Shown here piece after piece: positions 10,728 to 20,969 of a stretch of DNA of 64,000 nucleotides. Each line of letters begins with the position of its first letter. The stretch's first letter is position 1. The stretch is from assembly GCA_963813025.1 (NCBI GenBank), contig CAWEXO010000008.1:224001-288000 (forward strand), in the 5' to 3' direction. The notes below the pieces were generated by a model. It saw only the letters and a list, made by a program, of their open reading frames with translations, did not search any database and was not told where the DNA came from. The translations under genes were made by a program, and so were the position numbers. Origin of the DNA: an uncultured Verrucomicrobiae bacterium. Its GTDB lineage: Bacteria; Verrucomicrobiota; Verrucomicrobiia; Chthoniobacterales; JAFAMB01.

Positions 10728-11585
10728 CTAGTTCTTAATGCCGCTCAACGTGACGCCTTCGATCACGAGTCTCTGGGCAAGAAGGAAGATCAGGATTACG
10801 GGCAGTACGGCCATGCTCATGGCGGCCATGACCACGGAGAGATTGCCGGACGCCATATAACCGCGGAGAAGATCCATTGCGACCGGCAGGGTCATTGCCC
10901 GTTGCGGTTCAAGCAACACGCGTGCTTGGAAATAGTAGTTCCAAGTCTGAGTGAAAGTAATGATTCCCAGCGCGGAGAGCGCAGGTCTCAGTTGGGGCAG
11001 CGAAATGCGATAGAAGATTTTTAAATAGCCCGCTCCATCCATCAATGCCGCCTCTTCCAACGCCTTTGGCTGCGAAAGCATGAACTGTCGCACAAGAAAT
11101 ACACCAAAACTTGATGTTAGATACATGAGCACGAGGCCGATCGGCTGATTCAGCAGTCCGACCTTGGCAAAGCCAAGGTAGATCGGGATGATGGTCACCT
11201 GCGCGGGGAACATTAGCCCTACGAGCATCACAAAAAAGATACTGTCTCGACCGGGAAAGGTCAGCCGCGCGAAGGCGAAGGCGGCCAGCGTGCAAGTAAC
11301 GAGCTGGCCGAGCGTGACGAGCACGGCGACTTCGATGCTATTCCAATAGATCTGCAGGAAAGGGACGCTGGAATGCAGCACGGTCCAGTAGTTCTTAAAA
11401 TCGAGGCTGGGCGGCAGGAAGCTCGGCGGCATTTTGTAGGCTTCCGCCGGTGATCGGAACGACATGCTGAACAACCAGGCAAAGGGCAAGAGCATGAACA
11501 CGCCCAACACCGCCATCACAGCAATGATAATCCGATCGATCCAACGCTTTGCGGCTTTGGTTTCCATGCTCAATACCGGACCCAT
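10728..11585 (-). CDS. Carbohydrate ABC transporter permease (MalG-like)
   Basis: Multiple TM segments; EAA loop PKALEEAALMDGA. Confidence 0.95.
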   Translation of the reverse strand: MGPVLSMETKAAKRWIDRIIIAVMAVLGVFMLLPFAWLFSMSFRSPAEAYKMPPSFLPPSLDFKNYWTVLHSSVPFLQIYWNSIEVAVLVTLGQLVTCTLAAFAFARLTFPGRDSIFFVMLVGLMFPAQVTIIPIYLGFAKVGLLNQPIGLVLMYLTSSFGVFLVRQFMLSQPKALEEAALMDGAGYLKIFYRISLPQLRPALSALGIITFTQTWNYYFQARVLLEPQRAMTLPVAMDLLRGYMASGNLSVVMAAMSMAVLPVILIFLLAQRLVIEGVTLSGIKN

Positions 11586-12490
11586 CGCCCCGAGGCGAGA
11601 AGCTGAATGGACGTGATGATCAGGATAAGCAAGGTCATGATGACAGAGACGGCCGCGCCGTAGCCAATCTCAAAGCTGCCAAACGCTTCTTCAACAATGT
11701 GAATAGACATCGAGCGCGTCGCGTCACCGGGACCGCCCTGGGTCAGGATGACGATCGACTCGTAGACCTGCAGTGCGCCAATCGAGGCATAGACGATGGC
11801 GAAAAAGACCACCGGCGAGATCCACGGCAACACAATGCGAAAGAACCGCCGCCAGTAAGAGGCTTCGTCCATAGTCGCAGCGTCCATGATCGCCTTCGGC
11901 ACGCCCTGCAGCGCAGCGATGAAGATGATCATGAAAAAGCCGGCATTCTTCCAGATGTCCATGATGACAATCGACATCATCGCCGTTCGGCTCGATGTCA
12001 GCCAGTGGACCGGCGCGAAGCCAAGCCGGATCAGGTAGTAGTTGATGACCCCGAGATCGTCGCCATAGAAATAGCCCCACACGATTGAGACAAAAGCGGC
12101 AGCGATGATCACTGGCAGAAAATAGGCGAGGCGGAACAGATAGAGAAGAAACGCCGGCATCGCACGATTGAGGGCGAGCGCGAACAGGAGCCCGACGGTG
12201 ACATTTCCCGTCACCGCGAAGATCGCGAACCAGAGCGTGTTCCAGAAAATCTGAAGCGACCGATCACCAGTAAAGAAACGTCGAAAATTCTCCAACCCAA
12301 CCCAGCGCGAGCCGGCCATCGGATCGTAGTAGGTGAAGCTGAGCACGAAGGTCAGAATAACCGGAGCCAGCACAAAAACCGCGTAGAGCGCAAACGAGGG
12401 CAGGATGAAAAGGTAACCGGCCCGTCTTTGCGCTCTCCGCAGCTCGGATCCGGTCCGCCTCCCAAGAGGCTCAATCGTGCTTGCGCTCAA
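11570..12490 (-). CDS. Carbohydrate ABC transporter permease (MalF-like)
   Basis: WVGLENF, ALQGVPKAIMDAATMD, LTQGGPG. Confidence 0.95.
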   Translation of the reverse strand: MSASTIEPLGRRTGSELRRAQRRAGYLFILPSFALYAVFVLAPVILTFVLSFTYYDPMAGSRWVGLENFRRFFTGDRSLQIFWNTLWFAIFAVTGNVTVGLLFALALNRAMPAFLLYLFRLAYFLPVIIAAAFVSIVWGYFYGDDLGVINYYLIRLGFAPVHWLTSSRTAMMSIVIMDIWKNAGFFMIIFIAALQGVPKAIMDAATMDEASYWRRFFRIVLPWISPVVFFAIVYASIGALQVYESIVILTQGGPGDATRSMSIHIVEEAFGSFEIGYGAAVSVIMTLLILIITSIQLLASGRWVRY

Positions 12491-12583
12491 TCAAATGCGA
12501 CGCCTTTCGTCGTCACCCGGAGTTTGCGCTCTCCACCGCGGAAATCTCCCAACCGCGTTAGCGTGCGAGATTTTCAGATCAGT

Positions 12584-13850
12584 CTATTTGGCTTCGTGAG
12601 CGGCGAGTCGTTTGAACGATTCGTTCAATTCATGATCGGCGCGCTTGACGCCATCCGCGATCGAGATTTCGCCTGACATCATCGCGGTGTAGTTGCGGAT
12701 GAAGATTTTTTCGATTTCCTGAAAATTGGCCGGCGATGGCACCGGCAGCGTGTGCGGCAAAGTCTGATAATACAGCGCTGCACTCGGCGGGAACGCGAGG
12801 AAAGCCGGCGTCTCAGCGGCCGATTTTCGCCCAGGGATGCCCCCTCCGCCTTCGCCCTCTTCCTTCTGCGTTTCGAAGCTCGTGAGTTCGCCGACAAGCT
12901 CCTTGGCAAGATCCGGATTTTTCGACATCTTGGAGATTCCATAGCCGCCGAACCCGATGACGGTGTAGTCATTCACTTTGGTCGGCGGAATAGCGATATC
13001 CATGTCGAGCTTGGCCGCCTTCGCGTTCTGCACGATCCAATGGCCGCGCGAGATCATCGCAACCTGTCCAGCCTTGAATTGGTTGTCCATCGTGTTCTTC
13101 CCGGGAATCGGCGACACTTTATCGACATGGATCAGGTCATGGAGGAATTGCAGCGACTCGGACACTTTGGGGTCAAGCATGTTGGATGCGGTCCAGTCGG
13201 CGTTCAGGATTGACGTTCCGTTCGAATAGAACCACGGCTGCACGAAGAAGAACTGGTTAGGGACCTCGTAACCGAATTGAGTCACGTTCCCTGCCGCGTC
13301 GCGGACAGTCAATTTCTTTGGCGACCTCCCGGAACTGATCCCACGTCCAGCCTGTCTTGGGAAACTCAACGCCGGCATCCTTAAACAGTTTCCGGTTGTA
13401 GTTGATCATGATGTTGTTCCAGCCGATCGGAATAAAGTAGTTTTTGCCCTTATAGGATGCGTATTTGAAGAGGGCCGGATCGAAATCGGAATAGCTCGGA
13501 TGGCTCGCAATGTAATCATCGAGCGGAATGAACATATTGCGTGTCTCGAATGTCCTGAACGTTTCGATCGCCGTCCCGTAGACGTCGTAGGCATTGTTTG
13601 CGTTGAACTGCGACAGAACGCGGGTGACGTAGTCGCCCCAGCCGTTTGATATTGGATCGATGGCAATCTCGACTTTTGCGTTGGGATACTTCTGATTGAA
13701 TCGGGCGACGGCGTTGGTGACCGCTTTAAGCTCGGCGGCGTTGCCAAAGGCCATCAGGCGCAAATTGGCGGAAACGTCGGAGGCGAAACCGTTACTTGAA
13801 GCCAGCGCAAAGCCGGCCGCGAGCAGAAAGGTAGAAATTTTAGATTTCAC
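12584..13850 (-). CDS. Sugar ABC transporter substrate-binding protein (one frameshift near 13320)
   Basis: ORF 13257..13850 (signal peptide, NYNRKLFKDAG, WTWDQF) and ORF 12584..13378 (FKAGQVAM) join at AKK/LTVRD. Confidence 0.9.
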
Positions 13851-13877
13851 GGGGGGAAGAAGCTTGAAAACGCCGCC

Positions 13878-13906
13878 ATGTTAGCGCAAACATCCTCAGG
13901 CGTCAA
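13878..13906 (-). promoter_or_regulatory. sigma70-type promoter overlapped by a LacI-family operator
   Basis: Minus strand TTGACG (13906-13901), 17-bp spacer, TAACAT (13883-13878). The near-palindrome ATGTTAGCGCAAACAT (13878-13893) overlaps the -10 and spacer, and a lacI-family gene is divergent. Confidence 0.75.
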
Positions 13907-14051
13907 ACGCGATCGTGGATCGTTTTAAGAACTTCTGTCCTTCACCTCAATCTCCTGGAGAGCCGAGCTGGTCGGCTTGAACAAATGACCGCTCTTATCG
14001 GTTTCCAGGTGAACTAGCGATTCCGGCCGCCGAAATCCTCGAATCGAATCT

Positions 14052-15086
14052 ATGATCCATCGTTCTCCAGCCGATGCACGACGCCCAACTCTCGATGATG
14101 TCGCCAAGCTGATAGGCCTCTCCCACCAAACCGTGTCCCGCGTCATTAATAATCATCCAAGAGTTCTTCCGGAAACTCGACAACGTGTCCTCCGGGCAAT
14201 CGACGCGATTGGCTACAAGCCAAACCAGGCTGCCAGATTTCTCGCCAATCGTCGCTCCACATTGATCGGCCTGGTGACCGATGACCCAGGAGTTTACGGG
14301 CCTGCTCACGCGATTCTCAGCCTCGAGCAGCAAGCTCGATTACATGGATATACGCTCATGATTTTTGGGCTGCGGAATCTGACCATTGTGGACGCCAAGG
14401 CCGGCGCCGAAGAACTAGTCGCGAACTCAGCGGAAGGACTGATCGTAGATGTTCCTGTCGAAATCGACCGGGCGGAGCTTGCGGCGGCAATGGGAAACAT
14501 ACCATTTGTGACGCTCGACATCGACGGAGGCGCACTATTCCCATCGTTTCGCGTGGACCATATTCGCGGTTCCAGGTTGGCCACTCGTCATTTGATTTCG
14601 CTCGGCCACACTCGGATTGCCGGACTGCTCGGTCACAAACCGTATCGCAGCTCAAAGCTCCGACGAAAAGGTTGGCTTGCCGAGCTGCGTAGGGCGGGGC
14701 TAGAGGCCGGTCCGGCCAGATATACTCCTTGGACGCCCGACGGCGGTTACGATGCAACCAAAGAACTGATCAAAACCGCGATCGGAAAATTCACGGCAAT
14801 TTTCGCCGCAAACGATTTGATTGCGATGGGAGCTCTTCTCGCGCTGCATGAGGCCGGCATCGCGGTCCCTGAAGAAGTCTCCGTAGTCGGCTTTGATAAT
14901 ATGCCCGAGGGCCGTTTTTTTTATCCACCACTAACGACAGCAACCTCCGATTTCGACGTGATGGCCCGCGAAAGTCTCGACATCCTGTTTGCTAGAATGC
15001 GCGGGACGCCGGGCGCCATGCTCCGCCGAGTGTTTCGACCAGAGATGATGATCCGCAAAAGCACCGCGCCGCCCCCCGGTGTTTGA
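14052..15086 (+). CDS. LacI family transcriptional regulator
   Basis: PTLDDVAKLIGLSHQTVSRVIN HTH; ANDLIAMG, VSVVGFDN, PPLTT. Confidence 0.95.
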   Translation: MIHRSPADARRPTLDDVAKLIGLSHQTVSRVINNHPRVLPETRQRVLRAIDAIGYKPNQAARFLANRRSTLIGLVTDDPGVYGPAHAILSLEQQARLHGYTLMIFGLRNLTIVDAKAGAEELVANSAEGLIVDVPVEIDRAELAAAMGNIPFVTLDIDGGALFPSFRVDHIRGSRLATRHLISLGHTRIAGLLGHKPYRSSKLRRKGWLAELRRAGLEAGPARYTPWTPDGGYDATKELIKTAIGKFTAIFAANDLIAMGALLALHEAGIAVPEEVSVVGFDNMPEGRFFYPPLTTATSDFDVMARESLDILFARMRGTPGAMLRRVFRPEMMIRKSTAPPPGV

Positions 15087-15170
15087 AGCAGGACCGCACT
15101 AATTCCCCAGCAGCCGAAGATGCTCGCGGATCCGGTCTCCTTTCTTGTGAGTCCCTGCTACAGAATCTTC

Positions 15171-16175
15171 TCAATCCCGCACCCTAGTCGAACGAATTCG
15201 GCGTTGGAGCCGGTTCGCCACCATCACCACCACCAATAGCACGCCGTACAGAAGGTCCCGGGCGAAATTGTTCACTGAGAGCAGATTCAAGCCGCTGGAA
15301 AGAAATTGGAGGGAAAGGACAGCGAGGACCAAACCGAAAACTGTCCCGGAGCCGCCGTTCGGGTTAACGCCTGCCAGAATATTGATCAGCACGGCCAGGA
15401 GCAGGTAGGAGGTGCCGTAATCCGGGTTTGCGCTGTTGGCTCGGGCGAGGATCACGAGCCCGGCGCACGAGGCCATCAAACCGCTTAAAATGTAGGTCAG
15501 CATTAAAACCCGAAAAGTCGGGATTCCGGCAAAGGGAGCGGCTCGCGAATTCGTGCCGTAGAGCCGCATCTGCGTACCCAGAAGCATACGCGCCGTGACG
15601 AGGTAGATGACGCCGAGCGCCACAAGGAAAACCAGCAGCGGCACCGGAACTCCGAAGATTGCGCCGTTACCAATCGAAGCATATGAGGTGGGCAGGCCAG
15701 TGACAGAACTGCCTTTCGTCAGAATAATGCCGATGCCGGCAAAAAGCTGAAGTGTCCCCAGCGTTGCGAGGATCGCAGGCAACCTGCAGCCAGCAATAAG
15801 AAGACCGTTGACTGATCCGGCAACCGCACCGACCAGGAAGGCAGCGGGGACGGCCAGCCACAAAAATTGGTGCGTCAGGCTCCGCATCAGAAAAGCAGCG
15901 GCGATAGCGCTTAGGTTGGCCACGCTCACCACGCTGAGATCGATGCCGCCGGTCAGCATGGTTGGATGAATAGCCAGCGCGAGAATTGCAAACTCCGGGA
16001 GTTGGTAAGCCATGGAGCTAAGATTCGCCCCAGAAAGGAACGCCGCTGGGCTAAGAGCACAAAAGGCCAGAAAAATCACGATCGTGAAAACGGCCAGCCG
16101 GAGGACATAGCGACTGTTTTCGGACAACCCGCGTGAACCTTGTTCTGGAGGGTAGCGAAGGATTTTTCGGTTCAC
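15171..16175 (-). CDS. Monosaccharide ABC transporter permease (RbsC-like)
   Basis: LTGGIDLSV, LPAILATLGT, many TM segments. Confidence 0.9.
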   Translation of the reverse strand: MNRKILRYPPEQGSRGLSENSRYVLRLAVFTIVIFLAFCALSPAAFLSGANLSSMAYQLPEFAILALAIHPTMLTGGIDLSVVSVANLSAIAAAFLMRSLTHQFLWLAVPAAFLVGAVAGSVNGLLIAGCRLPAILATLGTLQLFAGIGIILTKGSSVTGLPTSYASIGNGAIFGVPVPLLVFLVALGVIYLVTARMLLGTQMRLYGTNSRAAPFAGIPTFRVLMLTYILSGLMASCAGLVILARANSANPDYGTSYLLLAVLINILAGVNPNGGSGTVFGLVLAVLSLQFLSSGLNLLSVNNFARDLLYGVLLVVVMVANRLQRRIRSTRVRD

Positions 16176-16225
16176 GGCTGGAAAGCGTTTAACAAGAAAT
16201 ATTTCTTCGAGCCAGTTGAAACACC

Positions 16226-16237
16226 GAAAACGTTTTC
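16226..16237. promoter_or_regulatory. Palindromic putative LacI-family operator
   Basis: Perfect palindrome GAAAACGTTTTC in the divergent intergenic region of the second sugar ABC locus. Confidence 0.45.
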
Positions 16238-16300
16238 TTGATCTCGGTTTGCTCGAATCGTAAACTCGCGGCCCCCTACTCTCACTTCCCCTTCAAGATC

Positions 16301-17293
16301 ATGAGACTTAAATTCCTTGTTCCAGCTTTTTTGGTGGTTGGCATCGCCTTTATCACCGCGCATTCCAGTTCTGCCGACGATAAGAAGTATAACCTGGCAA
16401 CCGTTGTAAAGATCAGCGGCATCAACTGGTTCAATCACATGGAAAGCGGCGTGAAAAAATTCGCTCAGGATACCGGCAACCAAACCGTCCAACTCGGTCC
16501 GCCGGTTACCGACTCCGCCCAGCAAAATCAGATAATTGAGGATCTCATCGCCAAAAAGGTGGACGCGATTTGCGTTGTGCCCTTTCAACCACCAGCGATG
16601 GAACCGGTTCTCAAAAAGGCTCTGGACAATCACATCGTGGTTGTCACTCACGAAGCCTCAAACATTCAAAATGCTGATTACGACCTGGAGGCTTTCGATA
16701 ACACGGCTTTTGGCGAGCACATCATGGAGAATCTCGCGCAGCGGATGAACTACGAGGGCGAGTATGCCGTCTTTGTCGGGAGCCTTACCTCAAAAACTCA
16801 CAATGAATGGGCAGACGGTGCAATTGCTCTGCAGAAGAAGAAATATCCGAAAATGAAGCTGGCGGTCGACAAGATCGAGACCAATGACGACCAACAGGTC
16901 TCCTACGCCAAAGCCAAGGAACTGCTCAGGTCCCATCCGAACATTAAAGGGTTCCAGGGCAGCGCTTCAACCGACGCACCTGGATGCGGTTTGGCTGTCG
17001 AAGAAGCAGGACTGCAGGATAAAGTCGTTGTGGTCGGCACGGGCGTTCCTTCGCTGGTCAAAAAATATCTACCCAGTGGGGCAGTACGCATGATCTCGTT
17101 CTGGGACTCCGCGGTTGCGGGTTACGCGATGAACAAGATTGCCGTCATGGTGCTCAACGGACAAAAAGTCACCGACGGAATGAACCTTGGTCTGCCCGGC
17201 TACGAAAAAATTAGACTGGTGAACAACAAGGTCATTTACGGCGCGGGGTGGATCGATTGCACCAAGGACAATATGGATAAGTTTGACTTTTAA
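16301..17293 (+). CDS. Monosaccharide/AI-2-like ABC substrate-binding protein (LsrB/RhaS-like)
   Basis: Signal peptide; VVKISGINWFNHMESG, QIIEDLIAKKVDAI, ISFWD. Confidence 0.85.
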   Translation: MRLKFLVPAFLVVGIAFITAHSSSADDKKYNLATVVKISGINWFNHMESGVKKFAQDTGNQTVQLGPPVTDSAQQNQIIEDLIAKKVDAICVVPFQPPAMEPVLKKALDNHIVVVTHEASNIQNADYDLEAFDNTAFGEHIMENLAQRMNYEGEYAVFVGSLTSKTHNEWADGAIALQKKKYPKMKLAVDKIETNDDQQVSYAKAKELLRSHPNIKGFQGSASTDAPGCGLAVEEAGLQDKVVVVGTGVPSLVKKYLPSGAVRMISFWDSAVAGYAMNKIAVMVLNGQKVTDGMNLGLPGYEKIRLVNNKVIYGAGWIDCTKDNMDKFDF

Positions 17294-18785
17294 ACCCTTG
17301 GCGTCGCTACTCGCCCAGAAAGTTTCCAAGACTTACGTCCGTGTCCCTGTTCTCCGGGACGTGACTCTGTCCGTTGAGCACGCGTCGGTTCACTGTCTCG
17401 CGGGCGAAAACGGGTCAGGAAAATCTACCCTGATCAAGATTATCGCCGGTACGTTGAAAGCCGACGAGGGAAAGATCTTTATCGACGGTCAAGACGCAAC
17501 CCGGGTAAACGCCTTGGGACGAATTGATCTCGGGCTCAGCGTCATTTACCAGGATTTTTCGCTGCTCCCGAATTTGTCGGTTTTCGAGAACATCATTTTT
17601 CTGGACAGCATTTCCCGACATCGCCGGCTGGTAGACTTTCGACGAATGCGAAGCCAGGCCAAGGAGATCTTGGAAAGAATGAGGGTGCGTATTCCCTTGG
17701 ATGCTTTGGTAGAAGAGTTGCCCGTTTCCAACCAGCAACTCGTCGCGATTGCTCGCGCTCTAAGCAATCGTTCAAAGGTCATCATCATGGATGAACCGAC
17801 CTCAGCGCTGACCAGACGCGAAGTTCGTGCACTTTTCCAGATTGTACATACGATCCGCGAGGACAGCGTCAGCTTTATCTTCGTCACGCATAAACTGGAG
17901 GAGATTTATGAGATCTGCGACCACGTGACTGTGATTAGAAATGGGGAAATAGTGACTGCCGGGGTTATCACGAACTACAGCACGGCCCAGCTGAGCGAGG
18001 CGATCACCGGTCGCCAGATCCAGATTGAGCGTATCCAGCCAGCCCGCCCGCCGGTCGATGTACCTCCTTTGCTTCAAGTGGATTCTTTGACGACAGAGCC
18101 GTTTTACCGCGACGTTAGCTTCCAGGTTAGACATGGCGAGATTGTTGGCCTGACCGGCTTACTCGGGTCAGGGCGATCCGAACTGGCTCTGGGTTTAGCC
18201 GGGAAGATACCTCCTGATTCCGGCACAATGCGGCTCGATGGAGAAGAGATCCGTCCTCGGAACGTGCGTGAGGCGCAACGGCTCGGAGTCGGCTACGTTC
18301 CGGAAGATCGCCTGAGTGAAGGCCTCTTTCTAGAACAGGAGATTTTTAAGAACATGCTCATCGCGAACATGGGCCCGCGCACTCAGTTTGGCCTTCTTGA
18401 CCAGGAACAGTTACGTCGCGATGGCGAAGGTTATCTCCGGCAGCTGGAGATCAAGGCACGAAACGGTCGTGACCCAGTGCAAACTCTTTCTGGCGGCAAC
18501 CAACAGCGAGTCCTGATCGCTCGTTACCTGGACTTGCATCCCAAGCTTCTCATCATGAACGGCCCGACCATCGGGGTTGACGTCGGATCAAAACACGAGA
18601 TTCACCTTTTGATTGCCAAACTGGCGGAAGCTGGAACCGGAATCCTGGTGGTTTCGGATGATCTGCCTGAACTGCTTAGTCTCTGCCATAGAATCCTCGT
18701 CATCGCTGATGGCAAATTGACGAACGAACACACCGCGCTTGATCTGGACCTCCAGACCTTGGGGCGCGAGATAACGATGGAGTAG
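17283..18785 (+). CDS. Monosaccharide ABC ATP-binding protein (RbsA-like, tandem domains)
   Basis: GENGSGKST, MDEPTSAL, YVPEDR, LSGGNQQR. Confidence 0.95.
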   Translation: MTFKPLASLLAQKVSKTYVRVPVLRDVTLSVEHASVHCLAGENGSGKSTLIKIIAGTLKADEGKIFIDGQDATRVNALGRIDLGLSVIYQDFSLLPNLSVFENIIFLDSISRHRRLVDFRRMRSQAKEILERMRVRIPLDALVEELPVSNQQLVAIARALSNRSKVIIMDEPTSALTRREVRALFQIVHTIREDSVSFIFVTHKLEEIYEICDHVTVIRNGEIVTAGVITNYSTAQLSEAITGRQIQIERIQPARPPVDVPPLLQVDSLTTEPFYRDVSFQVRHGEIVGLTGLLGSGRSELALGLAGKIPPDSGTMRLDGEEIRPRNVREAQRLGVGYVPEDRLSEGLFLEQEIFKNMLIANMGPRTQFGLLDQEQLRRDGEGYLRQLEIKARNGRDPVQTLSGGNQQRVLIARYLDLHPKLLIMNGPTIGVDVGSKHEIHLLIAKLAEAGTGILVVSDDLPELLSLCHRILVIADGKLTNEHTALDLDLQTLGREITME

Positions 18786-18788
18786 GAT

Positions 18789-19802
18789 GTGTTGTGGTTT
18801 CTAAAATATCTCCGCTCTTCCGAGGGTGTTATTTTGTTGATGATGGTGCTGCTATGTACGGTCGTCACCTTCATCAATCCAGTCTTCCTGAGTGCGCCGA
18901 ACCTGCTCGATTTGGTGCGGGACAGCATAACCACCGGTCTTTTTGCCTTGGGCGTGTATTTAGCTCTGTTGTCGGGTGGACTCGACGTTTCCTTCACCGC
19001 CGTAGGCGCCTTGTCGATGTACGCCACCGTCAAATTTTTTGCCCAAACAAATTATCAGGCGCCCCTTGCTCTGATCTTCCTCAGTGCAGCCTTGCTGGGC
19101 GGGCTACTGGGCGCATTCAACGCCACGCTCATCGCGTTTTTCCGGTTGCCGACTTTGATCGTTACCCTGGGAACTTTGAATCTTTTCCGCGGGCTTCTCC
19201 TGACCTTCGTTGGCACCAAGCATATTACGGATATCCCAGACAGTATGCTGCAGTTGTCCCGCGCATTCCTTTATCGGGGTAAGCTAGCTGACGGCAGCCT
19301 CTTTAGCCTGCCCGCCACAACGGTGCCTTTGGTTATTGTGGCCATCCTCGTTGCTGTACTTGTTCGCTTTACGATGCTGGGACGCTCAATCTACGCGATC
19401 GGCGGCAGCGAAGTGGCAAGCGACCGCTTAGGTATCCCGGTCGCGCAAGTTCGATTCTTTGTCTACGTCGCGGTCGGAGTCATTGCAGGGATCGCGGGCA
19501 TCGTGCACGCTTCCCAGATTCGTGTGGCCAATCCGTTCGATCTGGTTGGCACCGAACTAAACGTGCTGGCGGCTGTTGTCCTGGGAGGTGCTCGCATCAC
19601 CGGCGGACGCGGTAGTGTTTTCGGCACTCTCATGGGCGTCTTTCTCGTAACGATCATCAACAACTCCCTCATTCTCCTCGGCGTTTCCTCGTATTATGAC
19701 CGTTGTGTCGTCGGGCTGCTTGTGATTCTCGGGGCGGGTGGCCCACTCCTCCTTCAACGCCTTCAGGTCGGTCGAAAGGCGTGGGTGCCGGGAAGGTCGT
19801 AG
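18789..19802 (+). CDS. Monosaccharide ABC transporter permease
   Basis: SGGLDVSF, GRSIYAIGG, AAVVLGGARITGGRGS. Confidence 0.92.
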   Translation: MLWFLKYLRSSEGVILLMMVLLCTVVTFINPVFLSAPNLLDLVRDSITTGLFALGVYLALLSGGLDVSFTAVGALSMYATVKFFAQTNYQAPLALIFLSAALLGGLLGAFNATLIAFFRLPTLIVTLGTLNLFRGLLLTFVGTKHITDIPDSMLQLSRAFLYRGKLADGSLFSLPATTVPLVIVAILVAVLVRFTMLGRSIYAIGGSEVASDRLGIPVAQVRFFVYVAVGVIAGIAGIVHASQIRVANPFDLVGTELNVLAAVVLGGARITGGRGSVFGTLMGVFLVTIINNSLILLGVSSYYDRCVVGLLVILGAGGPLLLQRLQVGRKAWVPGRS

Positions 19803-19861
19803 GACAGGACTCGGGAGTCGAGGTTTTTATCATCTCCATCTCGAACACCTGCTACTTTGGA

Positions 19862-20431
19862 TCAAGCGAATGAATGCGGGAGACCTTCGAGATTTGTATG
19901 GCTTTTTTGCATCGCCTCTACTGAAACGCCTCTCTTTTCCATGAGCAGCATCACGACGATATCGGTGAACAGGAAGAGTGCCTGCTCGAGCAACGAGGCC
20001 ATCGGCTGAATCGATTTTACTTCCTGCGGACCCCCAAAAATCTGACCGGGAATTCTCACGCAAAGATCCGCGAGCTTTCCGTGCTCATTCTCCGGGTGCG
20101 CGGTCAACAGCGCAATTCTGGCGCCCGCAGCCTTCGCCAAACGAACGATGTTCAGTTCGACATTCGTCACCGCACAATGGTCGATAAGCAAATCTCCGGG
20201 GCCAATCTGCGGACTGGTTGTGTCATAGACAACGTAGGTCTCAATGCCCATGTGCTTGAGGCGCATCGCAAACGCTCGTACAGAAAGCTGCATACGTCCC
20301 ATTGCATACAGGTGAATTGTCTTCGCTTTAAGTATCTCCTGAACGAAAAGCTCAACGTCATCAGGATTTACGGCTTCGAGGACTTGGCGATTCTCGTCTA
20401 AGACTTTGGTGACAAGCGCATGATAATTCAT
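19862..20431 (-). CDS. SIS-domain sugar isomerase (6-phospho-3-hexuloisomerase-like)
   Basis: AMGRM..AFAMRLKHMG, SIQPMASLLEQ, HTNLE, resembling the HxlB family. Confidence 0.8.
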   Translation of the reverse strand: MNYHALVTKVLDENRQVLEAVNPDDVELFVQEILKAKTIHLYAMGRMQLSVRAFAMRLKHMGIETYVVYDTTSPQIGPGDLLIDHCAVTNVELNIVRLAKAAGARIALLTAHPENEHGKLADLCVRIPGQIFGGPQEVKSIQPMASLLEQALFLFTDIVVMLLMEKRGVSVEAMQKSHTNLEGLPHSFA

Positions 20432-20478
20432 CTCTCACTACAAGTAGATCCGCCGTCAATACTGATGGTTTGTCCCTC

Positions 20479-20829
20479 TTATGCGTCGGCGCCGACGAGC
20501 CACACGCGTACTCCATCCTTTTCAGCGTCCGCTTGGCGGCTGGTCAAATCATCGGGCATCTTCGGAATCGCACGGAATGAAACTCGCATCTCGTCTTCCC
20601 CAGGTTGATGAGGCTCCCCGGTCATCGCCAGGCAGGTGAGATCGCCAGCCAGCCGCTCGGCTTCTTCCAGGATCGAACGCTCATCATCGGGAGACTCCGC
20701 CGTCTTTTTTGCCGCAGCGAACGGCACCTCGGCGAGGAATCGGATCTCGCGGCCGGTCCGGTTGCCAGAATGCTTGTGGTGCGGCTCGAGAGTGATGTCG
20801 AAATAGAGCGCCTGGGGCATACGGTTCAT
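20479..20829 (-). CDS. Hypothetical protein
   Basis: Open frame with globular composition; shares motifs with 22417..22686. Confidence 0.55.
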   Translation of the reverse strand: MNRMPQALYFDITLEPHHKHSGNRTGREIRFLAEVPFAAAKKTAESPDDERSILEEAERLAGDLTCLAMTGEPHQPGEDEMRVSFRAIPKMPDDLTSRQADAEKDGVRVWLVGADA

Positions 20830-20969
20830 TAAAATGCCCGAGATTCCGGAATTAACAAGAAACTGCCCGGAGGTTGGGAGTCTCCTCGGAAGGGCTCGGG
20901 CGTAAATGTGTACCTTTTTCCAAGTTAAGCAGTCCACTATTCGTGGATGCGCGAATGAATTAGATAATT

